Shown piece after piece: positions 32,117 to 41,813 of a stretch of 64,000 bases of DNA (its first letter is position 1; each line of letters begins with the position of its first letter). This DNA is from Gammaproteobacteria bacterium (lineage in GTDB: Bacteria; Pseudomonadota; Gammaproteobacteria; Steroidobacterales; Foliamicaceae), in NCBI GenBank assembly GCA_965213995.1, contig OZ243929.1, positions 1,439,236 through 1,503,235 of the forward strand. The letters are read 5' to 3'. A model generated the notes under the pieces. The model made no database searches. It was not told the DNA's origin and saw only the letters and a list, made by a program, of their open reading frames with translations. A program made the translations under genes and the position numbers.

Positions 32117-33747
32117 GGACGCTGCTCGCCGCAGGCGCCGTGGTCCTGGGGGCCTGCGGCGGAGGCGCGCCGGCGGACACGGCGGCGCGGCACGGCCCGG
32201 TGGGCGGCGAGAGCGGCGAGGCGCTCGCCGCTGCGCAGATTCTGCGCCGGGGCAACGGCACCGAGCCGCAGAGCTTGGATCCGCACCGCGCCGAAGGCGT
32301 GCCTTCATCCAATATCCTGCGCGACCTGTTCGAGGGCTTGGTGGCCGAAGCGCCGAACGGCGAGCTGATTCCGGGCGCCGCGGAGTCTTGGGATATCTCC
32401 GAAGACGGCCTGACCTACACCTTCACTCTGCGTCCGGACGGACGGTGGAGCAACGGCGATCCGGTCACCGCCGGCGATTTCGAATTCGGCCTGAGGCGCA
32501 GCGCCGATCCGGAAACGCTATCGCGCTACTCCAGCGTTCTGGCCCCGATCCGCAACGCCCGGGCGGTGATCGCGGGCGATATGCCTCCTGAGGCGCTTGG
32601 CGTGGAAGCGCTGGACGAGCGCACGCTGGTCATACGGCTGGAAGCGCCGACGCCTTACCTGCTGGGGCTGCTGACCCATTCGACCTGCTATGCCGTGCAT
32701 CCGGACACGGTGCTCGAACACGGGGCGAAGTGGTCGCGGGCGGAGACGCATGTGGGCAACGGTGCCTACCGGCTGAAGGAATGGGTGGTGCAATCGCATA
32801 TCCACCTCAGCCGCAATCCGCACTACTGGGACAACGCCAGCACCACCATCGACGATGTGCGCTACTACGCCATCGAGAACCAGGACGCCGAGCTCAAGCG
32901 CTACCGCGCCGACGAGCTGGACATCACCAGCACCATCCCGCAGAAGCAGCTGCGCTGGATCCGCGACAACCTCGCCGACGAGTTCCGCGTGACGCCCTAC
33001 CTGGGGACCTACTACTTCGGCTTCAACGTCACTAAGCCGCCGTTCGCCGGACAGCCGGGGCTGCGCCGGGCGTTTTCGCTGGCGGTGGACCGCGACATCA
33101 TCGCCAACGTCGTGAGCGGCGCCGGCGAGATCGCCGCCTATAGCTGGGTGCCGCCGGTGCGCGGCTACGAGCAGCAGGTGCCGGAGGAGGCGTGGTGGAC
33201 GCAGGAGCGGCGCGAGGCGGAAGCTAAGCGCCTGTACGCCGAGGCCGGCTATTCCAGCGCCAACCCGCTGAAAGTGGAGGTGCTCTACAACACGTCGGAC
33301 AACCACAAGCGCATCGCCATCGCGCTGGCGTTCATGTGGAAGCAGGTGCTGGGCGTGGAGGCCTCGCTGGCCAACCAGGAATGGAAGGTTTTCCTTGAAA
33401 CCCGCAAGCGCAAGGAGGAAACCCAAATCTATCGCGCCGGGTGGATCGGCGACTACGAGGATGCCTACACTTTCGCGCAGCTGCTCGAATCCACCAACGA
33501 GCAGAACGATTTCGGCTACGACAGCCCGCGCTACGACGCGCTGCTGGCAGCCGCATCAGCCGAGCCGGATATCGCCCGCCGCGCCGAGCATTTGCAGGAA
33601 GCCGAGCGGGCGATGCTCGCCGATCAGCCGCTCATGCCCCTGTACTTCTACGTCACCAAGCGGATGGTCAAGCCGTGGGTGCAGGGCTACGAAGGCAACA
33701 TCATGGACCATATCTACACCCGGCACCTCCGCATCCTTGAGCACTAG
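32107..33747 (+). CDS. Peptide ABC transporter substrate-binding lipoprotein (family 5, YejA/OppA-like)
   Basis: Lipobox LGAC after the signal peptide. Family-5 SBP hallmarks follow ([55 protein letters not shown]). Confidence 0.85.
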   Translation: MRLRTLLAAGAVVLGACGGGAPADTAARHGPVGGESGEALAAAQILRRGNGTEPQSLDPHRAEGVPSSNILRDLFEGLVAEAPNGELIPGAAESWDISEDGLTYTFTLRPDGRWSNGDPVTAGDFEFGLRRSADPETLSRYSSVLAPIRNARAVIAGDMPPEALGVEALDERTLVIRLEAPTPYLLGLLTHSTCYAVHPDTVLEHGAKWSRAETHVGNGAYRLKEWVVQSHIHLSRNPHYWDNASTTIDDVRYYAIENQDAELKRYRADELDITSTIPQKQLRWIRDNLADEFRVTPYLGTYYFGFNVTKPPFAGQPGLRRAFSLAVDRDIIANVVSGAGEIAAYSWVPPVRGYEQQVPEEAWWTQERREAEAKRLYAEAGYSSANPLKVEVLYNTSDNHKRIAIALAFMWKQVLGVEASLANQEWKVFLETRKRKEETQIYRAGWIGDYEDAYTFAQLLESTNEQNDFGYDSPRYDALLAAASAEPDIARRAEHLQEAERAMLADQPLMPLYFYVTKRMVKPWVQGYEGNIMDHIYTRHLRILEH

Positions 33748-33901
33748 CAGCCTGTTGAAGCGGAGCCCGCGCCTCCCGAACCTCCCATAGCTTATTCAAA
33801 GCGGGCGGAGCGCTCCTCGCCAAGCGGGTTGTCCCCGCGCCCTAGAATGTGACTGATAGTCTACAGACCATAAGTGTGCCAAGCAGCATCCTTGTGCCAT
33901 T

Positions 33902-34120
33902 GTGAATCAAGCGGCACGTCTTGGTTTGGGCATACGCGCCATCCGGACTCAATTAGGCTGGTCCCAAGAAAAACTAGCGGAGGCGTCAGGACTCCACAGA
34001 AGCTATATCAGCCAGCTGGAGAGAGGTCGCCGAAACCCGACTCTTGGCGTGTTGGCGCGATTGGCTGGGGCATTGAATACCAAGTTGTCGGTGCTTGTTG
34101 CGTATTGCGAATCACCGTGA
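33902..34120 (+). CDS. XRE-family helix-turn-helix protein (orphan, 72 aa)
   Basis: LGIRAIRTQLGWSQEKLAEASGLHRSYISQLERGRRNPTLGVLARLAGAL is a canonical HTH_3 motif. GTG start. It lies in a lower-GC insert between the SBP and permease genes. Confidence 0.6.
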   Translation: MNQAARLGLGIRAIRTQLGWSQEKLAEASGLHRSYISQLERGRRNPTLGVLARLAGALNTKLSVLVAYCESP

Positions 34121-34282
34121 CCGTTCCCCTTTTTTCCACATCCGAACAAGTCGATTTAATAAAGCGCGCCTTAGCCAGCCATATGCGGCTGCCGTTTTTT
34201 GCCGGAGCGATTCCCGGCGGCTGGATATGCTTGAAGCGATCCCGCCTGCCTACGGAGCGGCGGCGGCGTTTATGATGCGCGG

Positions 34283-35221
34283 ATGTTTCGTTACGCCATA
34301 AGGCGGGTCTTTGCGGCGATTCCCACGCTGCTGATCCTGATCGCGCTGGCGTTCTTCATGATCCGCGCCGCGCCCGGCGGCCCCTTCGATACCGAGAAAA
34401 CCCTGCATCCGGAAATCGAGGCCAAGATCCGCGCCGCCTACCACCTCGACGAGCCGCTCTATCAGCAGTTTGGACGCTACCTGTGGGGGCTGGCGCAGGG
34501 TGACTTCGGCCCCTCCTTCCAGTACATCGACCGCAGCGTCACCGAGCTGATCCGGGAGGGGTTTCCGGTATCGCTGCAACTCGGCGCCTGCGCCATGCTT
34601 CTGGCGCTGCTCGCAGGCGTGGCGGCGGGCGGCTGGGCGGCGCTGCGGCAGAACCGCTTTTCCGACCATGCCGTGATGGCGGTGAGCATGACCGGCATCT
34701 CGATCCCCAATTTCGTGGTCGGGCCGCTGCTGATCCTGCTGTTCGCGGTGCATCTTGATCTTCTCCCGGCGGGCGGCTGGCCCACGGAGGGCTTCCTCGC
34801 CCGGCTGCCGAACATGGCGATGCCGGTGATCGCGCTGGCGCTGCCGCAGATCGCCTATATCGCTAGGCTGACCCGCGGCAGCATGATCGAGGTGCTGCGC
34901 AGCAATTTCATCCGCATGGCGCGCGCCCAGGGCCTCTCGCAGCCGGCCATCCTGCTGCGGCATGCGCTCAAGCCCGGGCTGCTGCCGGTGCTGTCCTACC
35001 TGGGACCGGCCACTGCGGCCGTGATCACGGGCTCCGTGGTTATCGAGCAGATCTTCGGCGTGCCTGGCCTGGGGCGCCATTTTGTGCAGGGCGCGCTCAA
35101 CCGGGATTACACCCTGGTGATGGGCGTGGTGGTTTTTTACGGGGTGCTGATTATTCTGTTTAATTTCCTGGTCGATATTTGCTACGGCCTGCTTGATCCC
35201 CGGGCCCGGCAGCAAAACTGA
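34283..35221 (+). CDS. Peptide ABC transporter permease (YejB/OppB-like)
   Basis: MFRYAIRRVFAAIPTLLILIALAFFMIRAAPGGPF, with the EAA loop region RMARAQGLSQPAILLRHALKPGLLP. Confidence 0.9.
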   Translation: MFRYAIRRVFAAIPTLLILIALAFFMIRAAPGGPFDTEKTLHPEIEAKIRAAYHLDEPLYQQFGRYLWGLAQGDFGPSFQYIDRSVTELIREGFPVSLQLGACAMLLALLAGVAAGGWAALRQNRFSDHAVMAVSMTGISIPNFVVGPLLILLFAVHLDLLPAGGWPTEGFLARLPNMAMPVIALALPQIAYIARLTRGSMIEVLRSNFIRMARAQGLSQPAILLRHALKPGLLPVLSYLGPATAAVITGSVVIEQIFGVPGLGRHFVQGALNRDYTLVMGVVVFYGVLIILFNFLVDICYGLLDPRARQQN

Positions 35222-35240
35222 TGGCGTCGCGCCTGCGCAC

Positions 35241-36143
35241 GTGAGAAAGAACCGGCGGAATCGCGCAGCGATCCGGCAGGCGGCAGGGGCCGGGCGCGGC
35301 CTCTGGAGCGATGCTTGGAGAGCCCTGCGCCGCAACCGGGCGGCGATGACGGCGGCGGCGATTCTGGCCATGGTGGCGGCGCTCTGCGTGTTCGGCCCGT
35401 TGCTCTCGCCGGTGCCATTCGATTACTTGGACTGGGACTACGTTTCCGTGCCGCCCTCGCTGGAGAACTGGCATTTGTTCGGCACCGACGACTTGGGCAG
35501 GGATCTGTTCGTGCGAACACTGGCGGGCGGCCGCATTTCGCTGATGGTGGGGCTGGTGGCGACCGCGGTGAGCCTCGTGATCGGCATCAGCTACGGCGCG
35601 CTGGCGGGCTATGTGGGGGGCAGGACCGACCAAGTGATGATGCGCATCGTCGATATCCTCTACGCCATGCCTTTCATGTTCCTGGTGATCCTGCTGATGG
35701 TTTTGTTCGGGCGAAATATCGCGCTGATCTTCGTGGCCATCGGCGCCATCAACTGGCTGGACATGGCGCGCATCGTGCGCGGCCAGACGCTTAGCCTCAA
35801 GCGCCGCGAATTCGTCGAGGCCGCGCAGGCGGCGGGCGTTTCCACGCCGCGCATCATCCGGCGGCATATCGTTCCCAACCTCTTCGGCGTGGTGGTGGTT
35901 TACGTCACGCTCACGATCCCGCAGGTGATCCTGGTGGAGTCCTTTTTAAGTTTTCTGGGCTTGGGGGTGCAGGAACCCATGACCTCCTGGGGCGCGCTGG
36001 TCAATGAGGGCGCCAAGGCGCTCGAGAACGCCCCGTGGACACTGGCCTTTCCCGCCGGATTCCTGGCCGCCACGCTGTTTTGCTGCAACTTTATCGGCGA
36101 TGGCCTGCGCGACGCGCTGGACCCGCGCGACAGGAGCGCCTGA
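35241..36143 (+). CDS. Peptide ABC transporter permease (YejE/OppC-like)
   Basis: [50 protein letters not shown] and [24 protein letters not shown]. The start is uncertain: GTG 35241 or ATG 35193. Confidence 0.85.
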   Translation: MRKNRRNRAAIRQAAGAGRGLWSDAWRALRRNRAAMTAAAILAMVAALCVFGPLLSPVPFDYLDWDYVSVPPSLENWHLFGTDDLGRDLFVRTLAGGRISLMVGLVATAVSLVIGISYGALAGYVGGRTDQVMMRIVDILYAMPFMFLVILLMVLFGRNIALIFVAIGAINWLDMARIVRGQTLSLKRREFVEAAQAAGVSTPRIIRRHIVPNLFGVVVVYVTLTIPQVILVESFLSFLGLGVQEPMTSWGALVNEGAKALENAPWTLAFPAGFLAATLFCCNFIGDGLRDALDPRDRSA

Positions 36144-36144
36144 C

Positions 36145-37953
36145 ATGCCGCTGCTTTCGGTGCGCGGCCTGAGGGTGGATTTCAGCACGCCGGACGGGGT
36201 CGTGGAGGCCGTGCGCGGGATCGACTTCGATCTCGACGCGGCCTGCACTCTGGGCATCGTGGGCGAGTCCGGCTCCGGCAAGAGCCAGACAGTGCTAAGC
36301 CTCATGGGGCTTTTAGCCGACAACGGCCGGTCTTCCGGCAGCGCCCGCTTTGAGGGCCGCGAGCTGATCGGGATGCCGGACGGGGAGTTGCGCGGCATTC
36401 GCGGCAACCGGATCGCGATGATTTTCCAGGATCCGATGACTTCGCTGAACCCGTACTTGAGGATTGGCGCGCAGATGGCCCAGGTTCTGGAGCTTCACGA
36501 GGGTCTGGGGCGGCGCGAGGCGCTCAGGCGCTGCGGCGAGCTGCTTGAGGCGGTGCGGATTCCGGATGCCGGCAAGCGCCTGGATTCGTGGCCGCATGAA
36601 TTGTCCGGCGGCATGCGCCAGCGCGTCACTATTGCCACGGCGCTCTTGTGCAAGCCTTCCCTGCTGATCGCCGACGAGCCCACCACCGCGCTGGACGTGA
36701 CCGTCCAGGCGCAGATCCTTGCTCTGATGAGGGAGCTTAGGCGCGACTTCCAGGCGGCCATCATCTTCATTACCCACGATCTGGGCATCGTCGCCGGATT
36801 TTGCGACGAGGTGCTGGTGATGCAGGATGGCGAATGCAGGGAGCGCGGCGGCGTGGAGTCGGTTTACGCGCGGCCGGCCCATCCTTACACCCGGCGTTTG
36901 CTTTCCGCAGTGCCGCGGCTGGACCAGGATGCGCGTTCGCGCGCCCGGAAGCGGGCCGCGCTGCGGCCGGCGCTGGAAGTGGACGGCCTGGACGTTGTTT
37001 ACTCGCTCAAGCGCCCCGGGATATTTGCGCCAGCGCCTAGGCTGAAGGCTGTCAGCTCAGGCGCGTTTATGATCGCGCCCGGAGAAACGCTGGGCGTGGT
37101 GGGCGAGTCCGGCTGCGGCAAATCGTCGCTTGCGCGCGCGGTGATTGGCCTGGTGCCCGCCAACGCCGGTCGGATCACGCTGCTGGGACGTGATCTTGGG
37201 GAAGCCGACAAGAGCGCGTGGAAGGATGCCCGTCGCGATATGCAGATGGTGTTTCAGGACCCCCTTGCCTCGCTCAATCCCCGTATGACCGCCCGCCAGA
37301 TCGTGGCCGAGCCGCTGGGCGCCTGCCGCCCGGACCTTTCGCGCGGCGAGCGCGGCGAGCGGGTCGTTCGGATACTGAACCGGGTGGGCCTGGCCGACGG
37401 CCAGCTCGACCGCTATCCGCATGAGTTTTCCGGCGGTCAGTGCCAACGCATCGGCATTGCCCGCGCGCTCGCGCCCGGTCCGGCGGTGGTGATCTGCGAC
37501 GAGGCGGTCAGCGCCCTGGATGTGTCGATACGCGCTCAGATCGTGGGCTTGCTCATGGAGCTGCAGGACGAGCTTGGCTTGGCGCTGGTCTTCATCGCCC
37601 ACGACTTGGCTGTGGTCAGACAGATCAGCCACAGAGTGGTGGTGATGTACCTGGGCCGGGCGATGGAAATCGCCCACAGCGAGCATTTGTATGGCAGGCC
37701 CATGCATCCTTACACGCGCGCCCTGATTGAGGCCGCGCCGATTCCTGATCCCAAGGTGGAGCGGAACCGCAAGCGGGAGCCGCTGCAGGGCGAACCGCCC
37801 TCGCCGCTGAATCCTCCGTCCGGCTGCGCTTTTTCGGCCCGCTGTTCCTTCGCCATCGACCGCTGCCGGCGGGAGCCGCCCGAGTTGCGCCCGGTTGCCC
37901 GCAGCATGGTGGCTTGCCACCGCGCCGAGGAAATCGCGCCCTCGGGGGCATGA
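36145..37953 (+). CDS. Fused double ATP-binding-cassette protein (YejF-like)
   Basis: Two complete ABC domains. Walker [11 protein letters not shown] and [10 protein letters not shown], signatures LSGGMRQR and FSGGQCQR, Walker [13 protein letters not shown] and [12 protein letters not shown]. Confidence 0.9.
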   Translation: MPLLSVRGLRVDFSTPDGVVEAVRGIDFDLDAACTLGIVGESGSGKSQTVLSLMGLLADNGRSSGSARFEGRELIGMPDGELRGIRGNRIAMIFQDPMTSLNPYLRIGAQMAQVLELHEGLGRREALRRCGELLEAVRIPDAGKRLDSWPHELSGGMRQRVTIATALLCKPSLLIADEPTTALDVTVQAQILALMRELRRDFQAAIIFITHDLGIVAGFCDEVLVMQDGECRERGGVESVYARPAHPYTRRLLSAVPRLDQDARSRARKRAALRPALEVDGLDVVYSLKRPGIFAPAPRLKAVSSGAFMIAPGETLGVVGESGCGKSSLARAVIGLVPANAGRITLLGRDLGEADKSAWKDARRDMQMVFQDPLASLNPRMTARQIVAEPLGACRPDLSRGERGERVVRILNRVGLADGQLDRYPHEFSGGQCQRIGIARALAPGPAVVICDEAVSALDVSIRAQIVGLLMELQDELGLALVFIAHDLAVVRQISHRVVVMYLGRAMEIAHSEHLYGRPMHPYTRALIEAAPIPDPKVERNRKREPLQGEPPSPLNPPSGCAFSARCSFAIDRCRREPPELRPVARSMVACHRAEEIAPSGA

Positions 37954-37959
37954 GCCTGT

Positions 37960-38658
37960 ATGCCGCCCGGTGCCGTCGCCCGTGTGCCCGCCGATTCGCC
38001 AGACCGGCTGGGGGCCGGGCTTGCCGATCTCGGCATCAGCCCGAGCGGCGATGATCTGGCGCGGCTTGACGCTTTTATCGAAATGCTGATGCGTTGGAAC
38101 GCGGCCCACGGTCTCACGGCCCGCGCTTCGCGCCAGGAGCTGGCGACGCGGCACATACTGGACAGCGCTGCGGCGCTGCCGTTTCTGCCGCCGGGCCCGA
38201 TGCTGGACGCCGGTAGCGGCGGCGGCCTGCCCGGCGTGGTGCTGGCCCTGCTGCGCCCGGAGACGGATTGGGTGCTGCTCGATTCCTCGGCCCGCAAAAC
38301 GGCGTTCCTTGGCCATGCGAGGATGGAATTGGGCTTAAGCAACGTGCAGATTGTTCGCTCCCGGCTGGAGAACTACCAGCCGCAGGACGCGCCCGCGGCG
38401 GTGATCGCCCGTGCGCTGGCGCCGCTGCCGAAGCTGGTCGCGCTGGCCCGCCGCATGCTTGATCGGGGCTCTTGGCTGCTGGCCATGCTGGGCCGCCGTC
38501 CCCGCAACGAGGCGCTGGCTTCGCTTGACGGGGTGCATTGCCAGTCGCTGGAGCGGATTCGGGTGCCCGGGCTTGATGCGCAACGCCATATTGCCGTGCT
38601 TCGCCGCCGCGCGGCCGGCCAGGGCGCGGCCCGGAGGGCATGGCAGGCGCAGGCATGA
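37960..38658 (+). CDS. rsmG: 16S rRNA (guanine527-N7)-methyltransferase RsmG (GidB)
   Basis: LDAFIEMLMRWNAAHGLTA...RHILDSAAALPFL...MLDAGSGGGLPGVVLA. Its stop overlaps the parA start (ATGA). Confidence 0.85.
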   Translation: MPPGAVARVPADSPDRLGAGLADLGISPSGDDLARLDAFIEMLMRWNAAHGLTARASRQELATRHILDSAAALPFLPPGPMLDAGSGGGLPGVVLALLRPETDWVLLDSSARKTAFLGHARMELGLSNVQIVRSRLENYQPQDAPAAVIARALAPLPKLVALARRMLDRGSWLLAMLGRRPRNEALASLDGVHCQSLERIRVPGLDAQRHIAVLRRRAAGQGAARRAWQAQA

Positions 38659-39428
38659 AACGCACTTTCGCAGTGGCCAACCGCAAGGGGGGAGTGGGCA
38701 AGACCACAACCGCCATCAATCTCACAGCCTGCCTCGCGCAGATGGGCCGCAAGGCTCTGCTGGTTGACCTGGATCCCCAAGCCAACGCCACCACCGGCTG
38801 CGGAGTGGACAGGGATGCCGTGGGCCTGTCAACCTATGACCTGTTGATGGGAAAGGCCTCGGTCGCCGATATCCGGGTGGGAATCGATTCCGCCGGTTTC
38901 GATCTTCTGCCGGCAACCTCTGCCCTCACGGCTGCGGAAGTGGAGCTTCTGCAGCTGGGCAGCGGCCGCGAGCTGAGGCTGCGCGGCGCGCTGGCGGAAG
39001 TATCGTTCCACTACCAGGCCATCCTGTTCGATTGCCCTCCCAGCCTCAACATCCTTACCCTCAACGCTCTGGCGGCGGCCGAAGGCGTGCTTGTGCCCGT
39101 TCAATGCGAGTATTTCTCGCTGGAGGGTCTTTCATCGCTGGTGGGCGTTATCGAAGACCTCTGCGCGCACTCCAACCCGGACCTTGAGATAAGCGGCATA
39201 ATCCGCACCATGTACGACGGTCGAAACCGTCTGGCCCGCGATGTCTCCGCGCAACTGCGGAAACATTTTCCCGATGAGCTTTTCCGCACGATCATTCCGC
39301 GCAACGTGCGTCTGGCCGAAGCGCCCGGCTTCGGCGTGCCGGCCATCCAGCATGATCGCCTAGCCAGCGGCTCGCTGGCCTACGCCGCGCTGGCGGGCGA
39401 GCTGGTTCGCCGGGGGCTGGGCGAGTAA
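38655..39428 (+). CDS. parA: Chromosome partitioning ATPase ParA (Soj)
   Basis: Deviant Walker A VANRKGGVGKTTTAINL, with DLDPQANAT and ILFDCPPSL. Confidence 0.9.
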   Translation: MKRTFAVANRKGGVGKTTTAINLTACLAQMGRKALLVDLDPQANATTGCGVDRDAVGLSTYDLLMGKASVADIRVGIDSAGFDLLPATSALTAAEVELLQLGSGRELRLRGALAEVSFHYQAILFDCPPSLNILTLNALAAAEGVLVPVQCEYFSLEGLSSLVGVIEDLCAHSNPDLEISGIIRTMYDGRNRLARDVSAQLRKHFPDELFRTIIPRNVRLAEAPGFGVPAIQHDRLASGSLAYAALAGELVRRGLGE

Positions 39429-39435
39429 GCACCGC

Positions 39436-40311
39436 ATGGCTGCGCCCAACCGCGGACTCGGCAAGGGCCTGGACGCCCTGCTCGGACCACGCCAGGAGCG
39501 GGGGCGTCCGATCCTTGACGGCCCCTCGCCGCACGAACTGAAAGAACTGCCTTTGGATGTCTTGCAGCCGGGCCGCTTCCAGCCCCGGCAGATGATCGAT
39601 GCCAAAAGCGTGGCCGAACTGGCTGAATCGATTCGCGCCCAAGGTCTGGTCCAGCCGCTGCTTGCGCGTCCGCTGAACGCTGCGGGCAACGCCGGCGCGC
39701 GCTACGAAATCGTGGCCGGCGAACGTCGCTGGCGCGCCGCCCAGCAAGCGGGCTTCGACCGGATTCCCGTGATCGTCCGGCCGCTCGGCGACGAGGAAGC
39801 CGCTATGGCGGCGCTGGTTGAAAACGTGCAGCGCGAGAACTTGAGCGCCATCGAGCTTGCCGAAGCCTTGCGCCGCATCCTCGAAATTTCCGGCGGCACC
39901 CACAAGGATGCGGCGCAGTCCATCGGAATGTCGCGCGCCGCGGTGAGCAACTATCTGCGGCTTTTAGAGCTTGGCGACACGGCCAGAGCCCTGCTGGCGG
40001 AGCGCAAACTGGAAATGGGCCACGCGCGGGCGCTGCTGGCAGTGGGCAATCCGGCCCGCCAGGCCGCGCTGGCGCGCCGCATCGCCGAGCAAAGCTTAAG
40101 CGTGCGCCAAGCAGAGCGCCTCGCCCGGGCCGAGTCGAGCCCGGCGGCGGCCGCCAAGCCGCGCGATCCCAACGTGGCCCGCCTGGAACAGGATTTAAGC
40201 GAGCGCTGGGGCGCCCCTGTTCGCCTCCGGCACGGGAAGCGGGGCGGACGCTTGGAAATCCGCTACAAAAGCCTGGACGAACTCGACAGCCTGCTTGCCC
40301 GCCTCAAGTAG
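39436..40311 (+). CDS. parB: Chromosome partitioning protein ParB (Spo0J)
   Basis: GLGKGLDALL, LQPGRFQPRQ, YEIVAGERRWRAAQQAG, ALVENVQRENLSAIE and an HTH region. Confidence 0.9.
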   Translation: MAAPNRGLGKGLDALLGPRQERGRPILDGPSPHELKELPLDVLQPGRFQPRQMIDAKSVAELAESIRAQGLVQPLLARPLNAAGNAGARYEIVAGERRWRAAQQAGFDRIPVIVRPLGDEEAAMAALVENVQRENLSAIELAEALRRILEISGGTHKDAAQSIGMSRAAVSNYLRLLELGDTARALLAERKLEMGHARALLAVGNPARQAALARRIAEQSLSVRQAERLARAESSPAAAAKPRDPNVARLEQDLSERWGAPVRLRHGKRGGRLEIRYKSLDELDSLLARLK

Positions 40312-41347
40312 ATCGGCCCGCTTGCGCGGCGGCCGCTTGATGGGCAAGCAGGCTCAGTATCTCGAACATCATGCTTGCGCCCACATGGGCTGTGTTGGCC
40401 GAGGGATCGTATTGCGGCGCCACTTCCACCACATCCCCGCCTGCGATAGGCAGTCCGGCCAAGCCCCGAATCAGCATTTGCGCCTCCAGCGGCGTCAGGC
40501 CTCCAATTTCCGGCGTGCCGGTGCCGGGCGTGAACGCCGGATCGATTCCATCCACATCGACGCTTGCGTAAACCGGCCCGCCCGCGACCTTTTCGCGGCA
40601 CAGCGATATCACGGCTGGCAGCCCCATGCCGTGGAACTCGTCCATGTGGATTACGGTCATGCCGGCATCGTAGCTGAATGCCCAGGCCAGCTCGGCGCTG
40701 CCGCGTATCCCCACCTGCACGCAACGTTCCGGGTCCAGAACGCCCGCCAGAACGGCTTGGCGGAACGGGCCGCCGTGGTGGAACTTCTCGTCGTCGTAAG
40801 GGCCCGCCGTGTCGCAGTGGGCATCGATATGAACCATTCCGAGGGGCGTTTCGGCGCCCAGCGCCTTCATAATGGGGTAGGTAATGGAGTGGTCGCCGCC
40901 GGCGGACACGGGCTTGAGGCCGGCGGCCGCGACCCGGCGGTAGAACGTCTCGATGTCCTCGATGCTTTTTTCCAGGCTGAAGCGCGAGCGAAACGGAACG
41001 TCGCCAATATCGGCGCAGCGCAGCACCCTTGAGGGAATCACATCATGGGTGGGGTGGTAAGGGCCGACCCGCTCGATCGCCCGCAGCGCCCGGGGGCCGA
41101 AGCGGGCCCCGGGGCGGTTGGTCACGCCCAAGTCCATGGGCACTCCCACCAAGACGGTGTCCAAGCCTTTCCAGTCCTCGCGGTAGGGAAAGTCCAAAAG
41201 GGTTGGAAGATCGGCGTACGGCTTCTTCTGGTGCAGATCGCTATCGGCAATCTGCTTGAGCGCGTCGCGGAACGGCACGTCCGCCTTCAGGTCTCCATCC
41301 GACCGCGCGTAACGCTCCCGCAGCCGTTGCAATTTGTTCGCGTCCAC
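40304..41347 (-). CDS. speB: Agmatinase/ureohydrolase family protein
   Basis: Mn-binding motifs GGDHSITYP, VHIDAHCDT and SVDVDGIDPAFTPGTGTPEIGGL. Confidence 0.8.
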   Translation of the reverse strand: MDANKLQRLRERYARSDGDLKADVPFRDALKQIADSDLHQKKPYADLPTLLDFPYREDWKGLDTVLVGVPMDLGVTNRPGARFGPRALRAIERVGPYHPTHDVIPSRVLRCADIGDVPFRSRFSLEKSIEDIETFYRRVAAAGLKPVSAGGDHSITYPIMKALGAETPLGMVHIDAHCDTAGPYDDEKFHHGGPFRQAVLAGVLDPERCVQVGIRGSAELAWAFSYDAGMTVIHMDEFHGMGLPAVISLCREKVAGGPVYASVDVDGIDPAFTPGTGTPEIGGLTPLEAQMLIRGLAGLPIAGGDVVEVAPQYDPSANTAHVGASMMFEILSLLAHQAAAAQAGRST

Positions 41348-41415
41348 TTGCCCGGGCTTCCCAAAAGAAACGCCTTTTACGAATTTGCGTTAGCCTGGAT
41401 TACCGCAATGCACGG

Positions 41416-41754
41416 CTACAGGGTCGAGTCGCCGCTCTCCCCGGTGCGCACGCGATAGGCCTCTTCGAGGTTCATGACGAACACCTTGCCGTCGCCGACC
41501 TTGCCGGTCTTGGCCGAATCCATAATGGCCTCCACCACCCGCTCGGCCAGTTCCTCGGTGCAGGCCACCTCGATTTTGGTTTTCGGGATGAAATCGACCA
41601 TGTATTCAGCGCCCCGATAGAGTTCGGTGTGGCCGCGCTGCCGGCCGAAGCCCTGCACTTCGGACACGGTCATGCCGTTGACCCCCAAATCCGACAGCTT
41701 GTTGCGCACATGATCGAGCCGAAAAGGTTTGATGATGGCCATTACGAGTTTCAT
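41416..41754 (-). CDS. glnB: Nitrogen regulatory protein P-II
   Basis: MKLVMAIIKPFRLDHVRNKL...GFGRQRGHTELYRGAEY (T-loop Tyr)...TGKVGDGKVFV; 112 aa. Confidence 0.9.
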   Translation of the reverse strand: MKLVMAIIKPFRLDHVRNKLSDLGVNGMTVSEVQGFGRQRGHTELYRGAEYMVDFIPKTKIEVACTEELAERVVEAIMDSAKTGKVGDGKVFVMNLEEAYRVRTGESGDSTL

Positions 41755-41813
41755 GGGAGCCTTCCTGCCTGCGGACTGAAGAAAGGAGCCGCAACCGCAG
41801 CCCGAAAATCTTA

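Noticed and set aside
31220-32308. 362-aa minus-strand ORF
   Set aside because: It is antisense to mnmG and the SBP gene, both of which carry strong family motifs.
33874-34275. 133-aa ORF overlapping the XRE gene in another frame
   Set aside because: It has no motifs. The overlapping 72-aa frame carries a textbook HTH_3 motif and is preferred.
34250-38316. Long minus-strand ORFs (34250-35371, 35160-35867, 36313-36882, 37057-38316)
   Set aside because: They are antisense to the ABC permease and ATPase genes, with H/R/Q/G-rich low-complexity translations.
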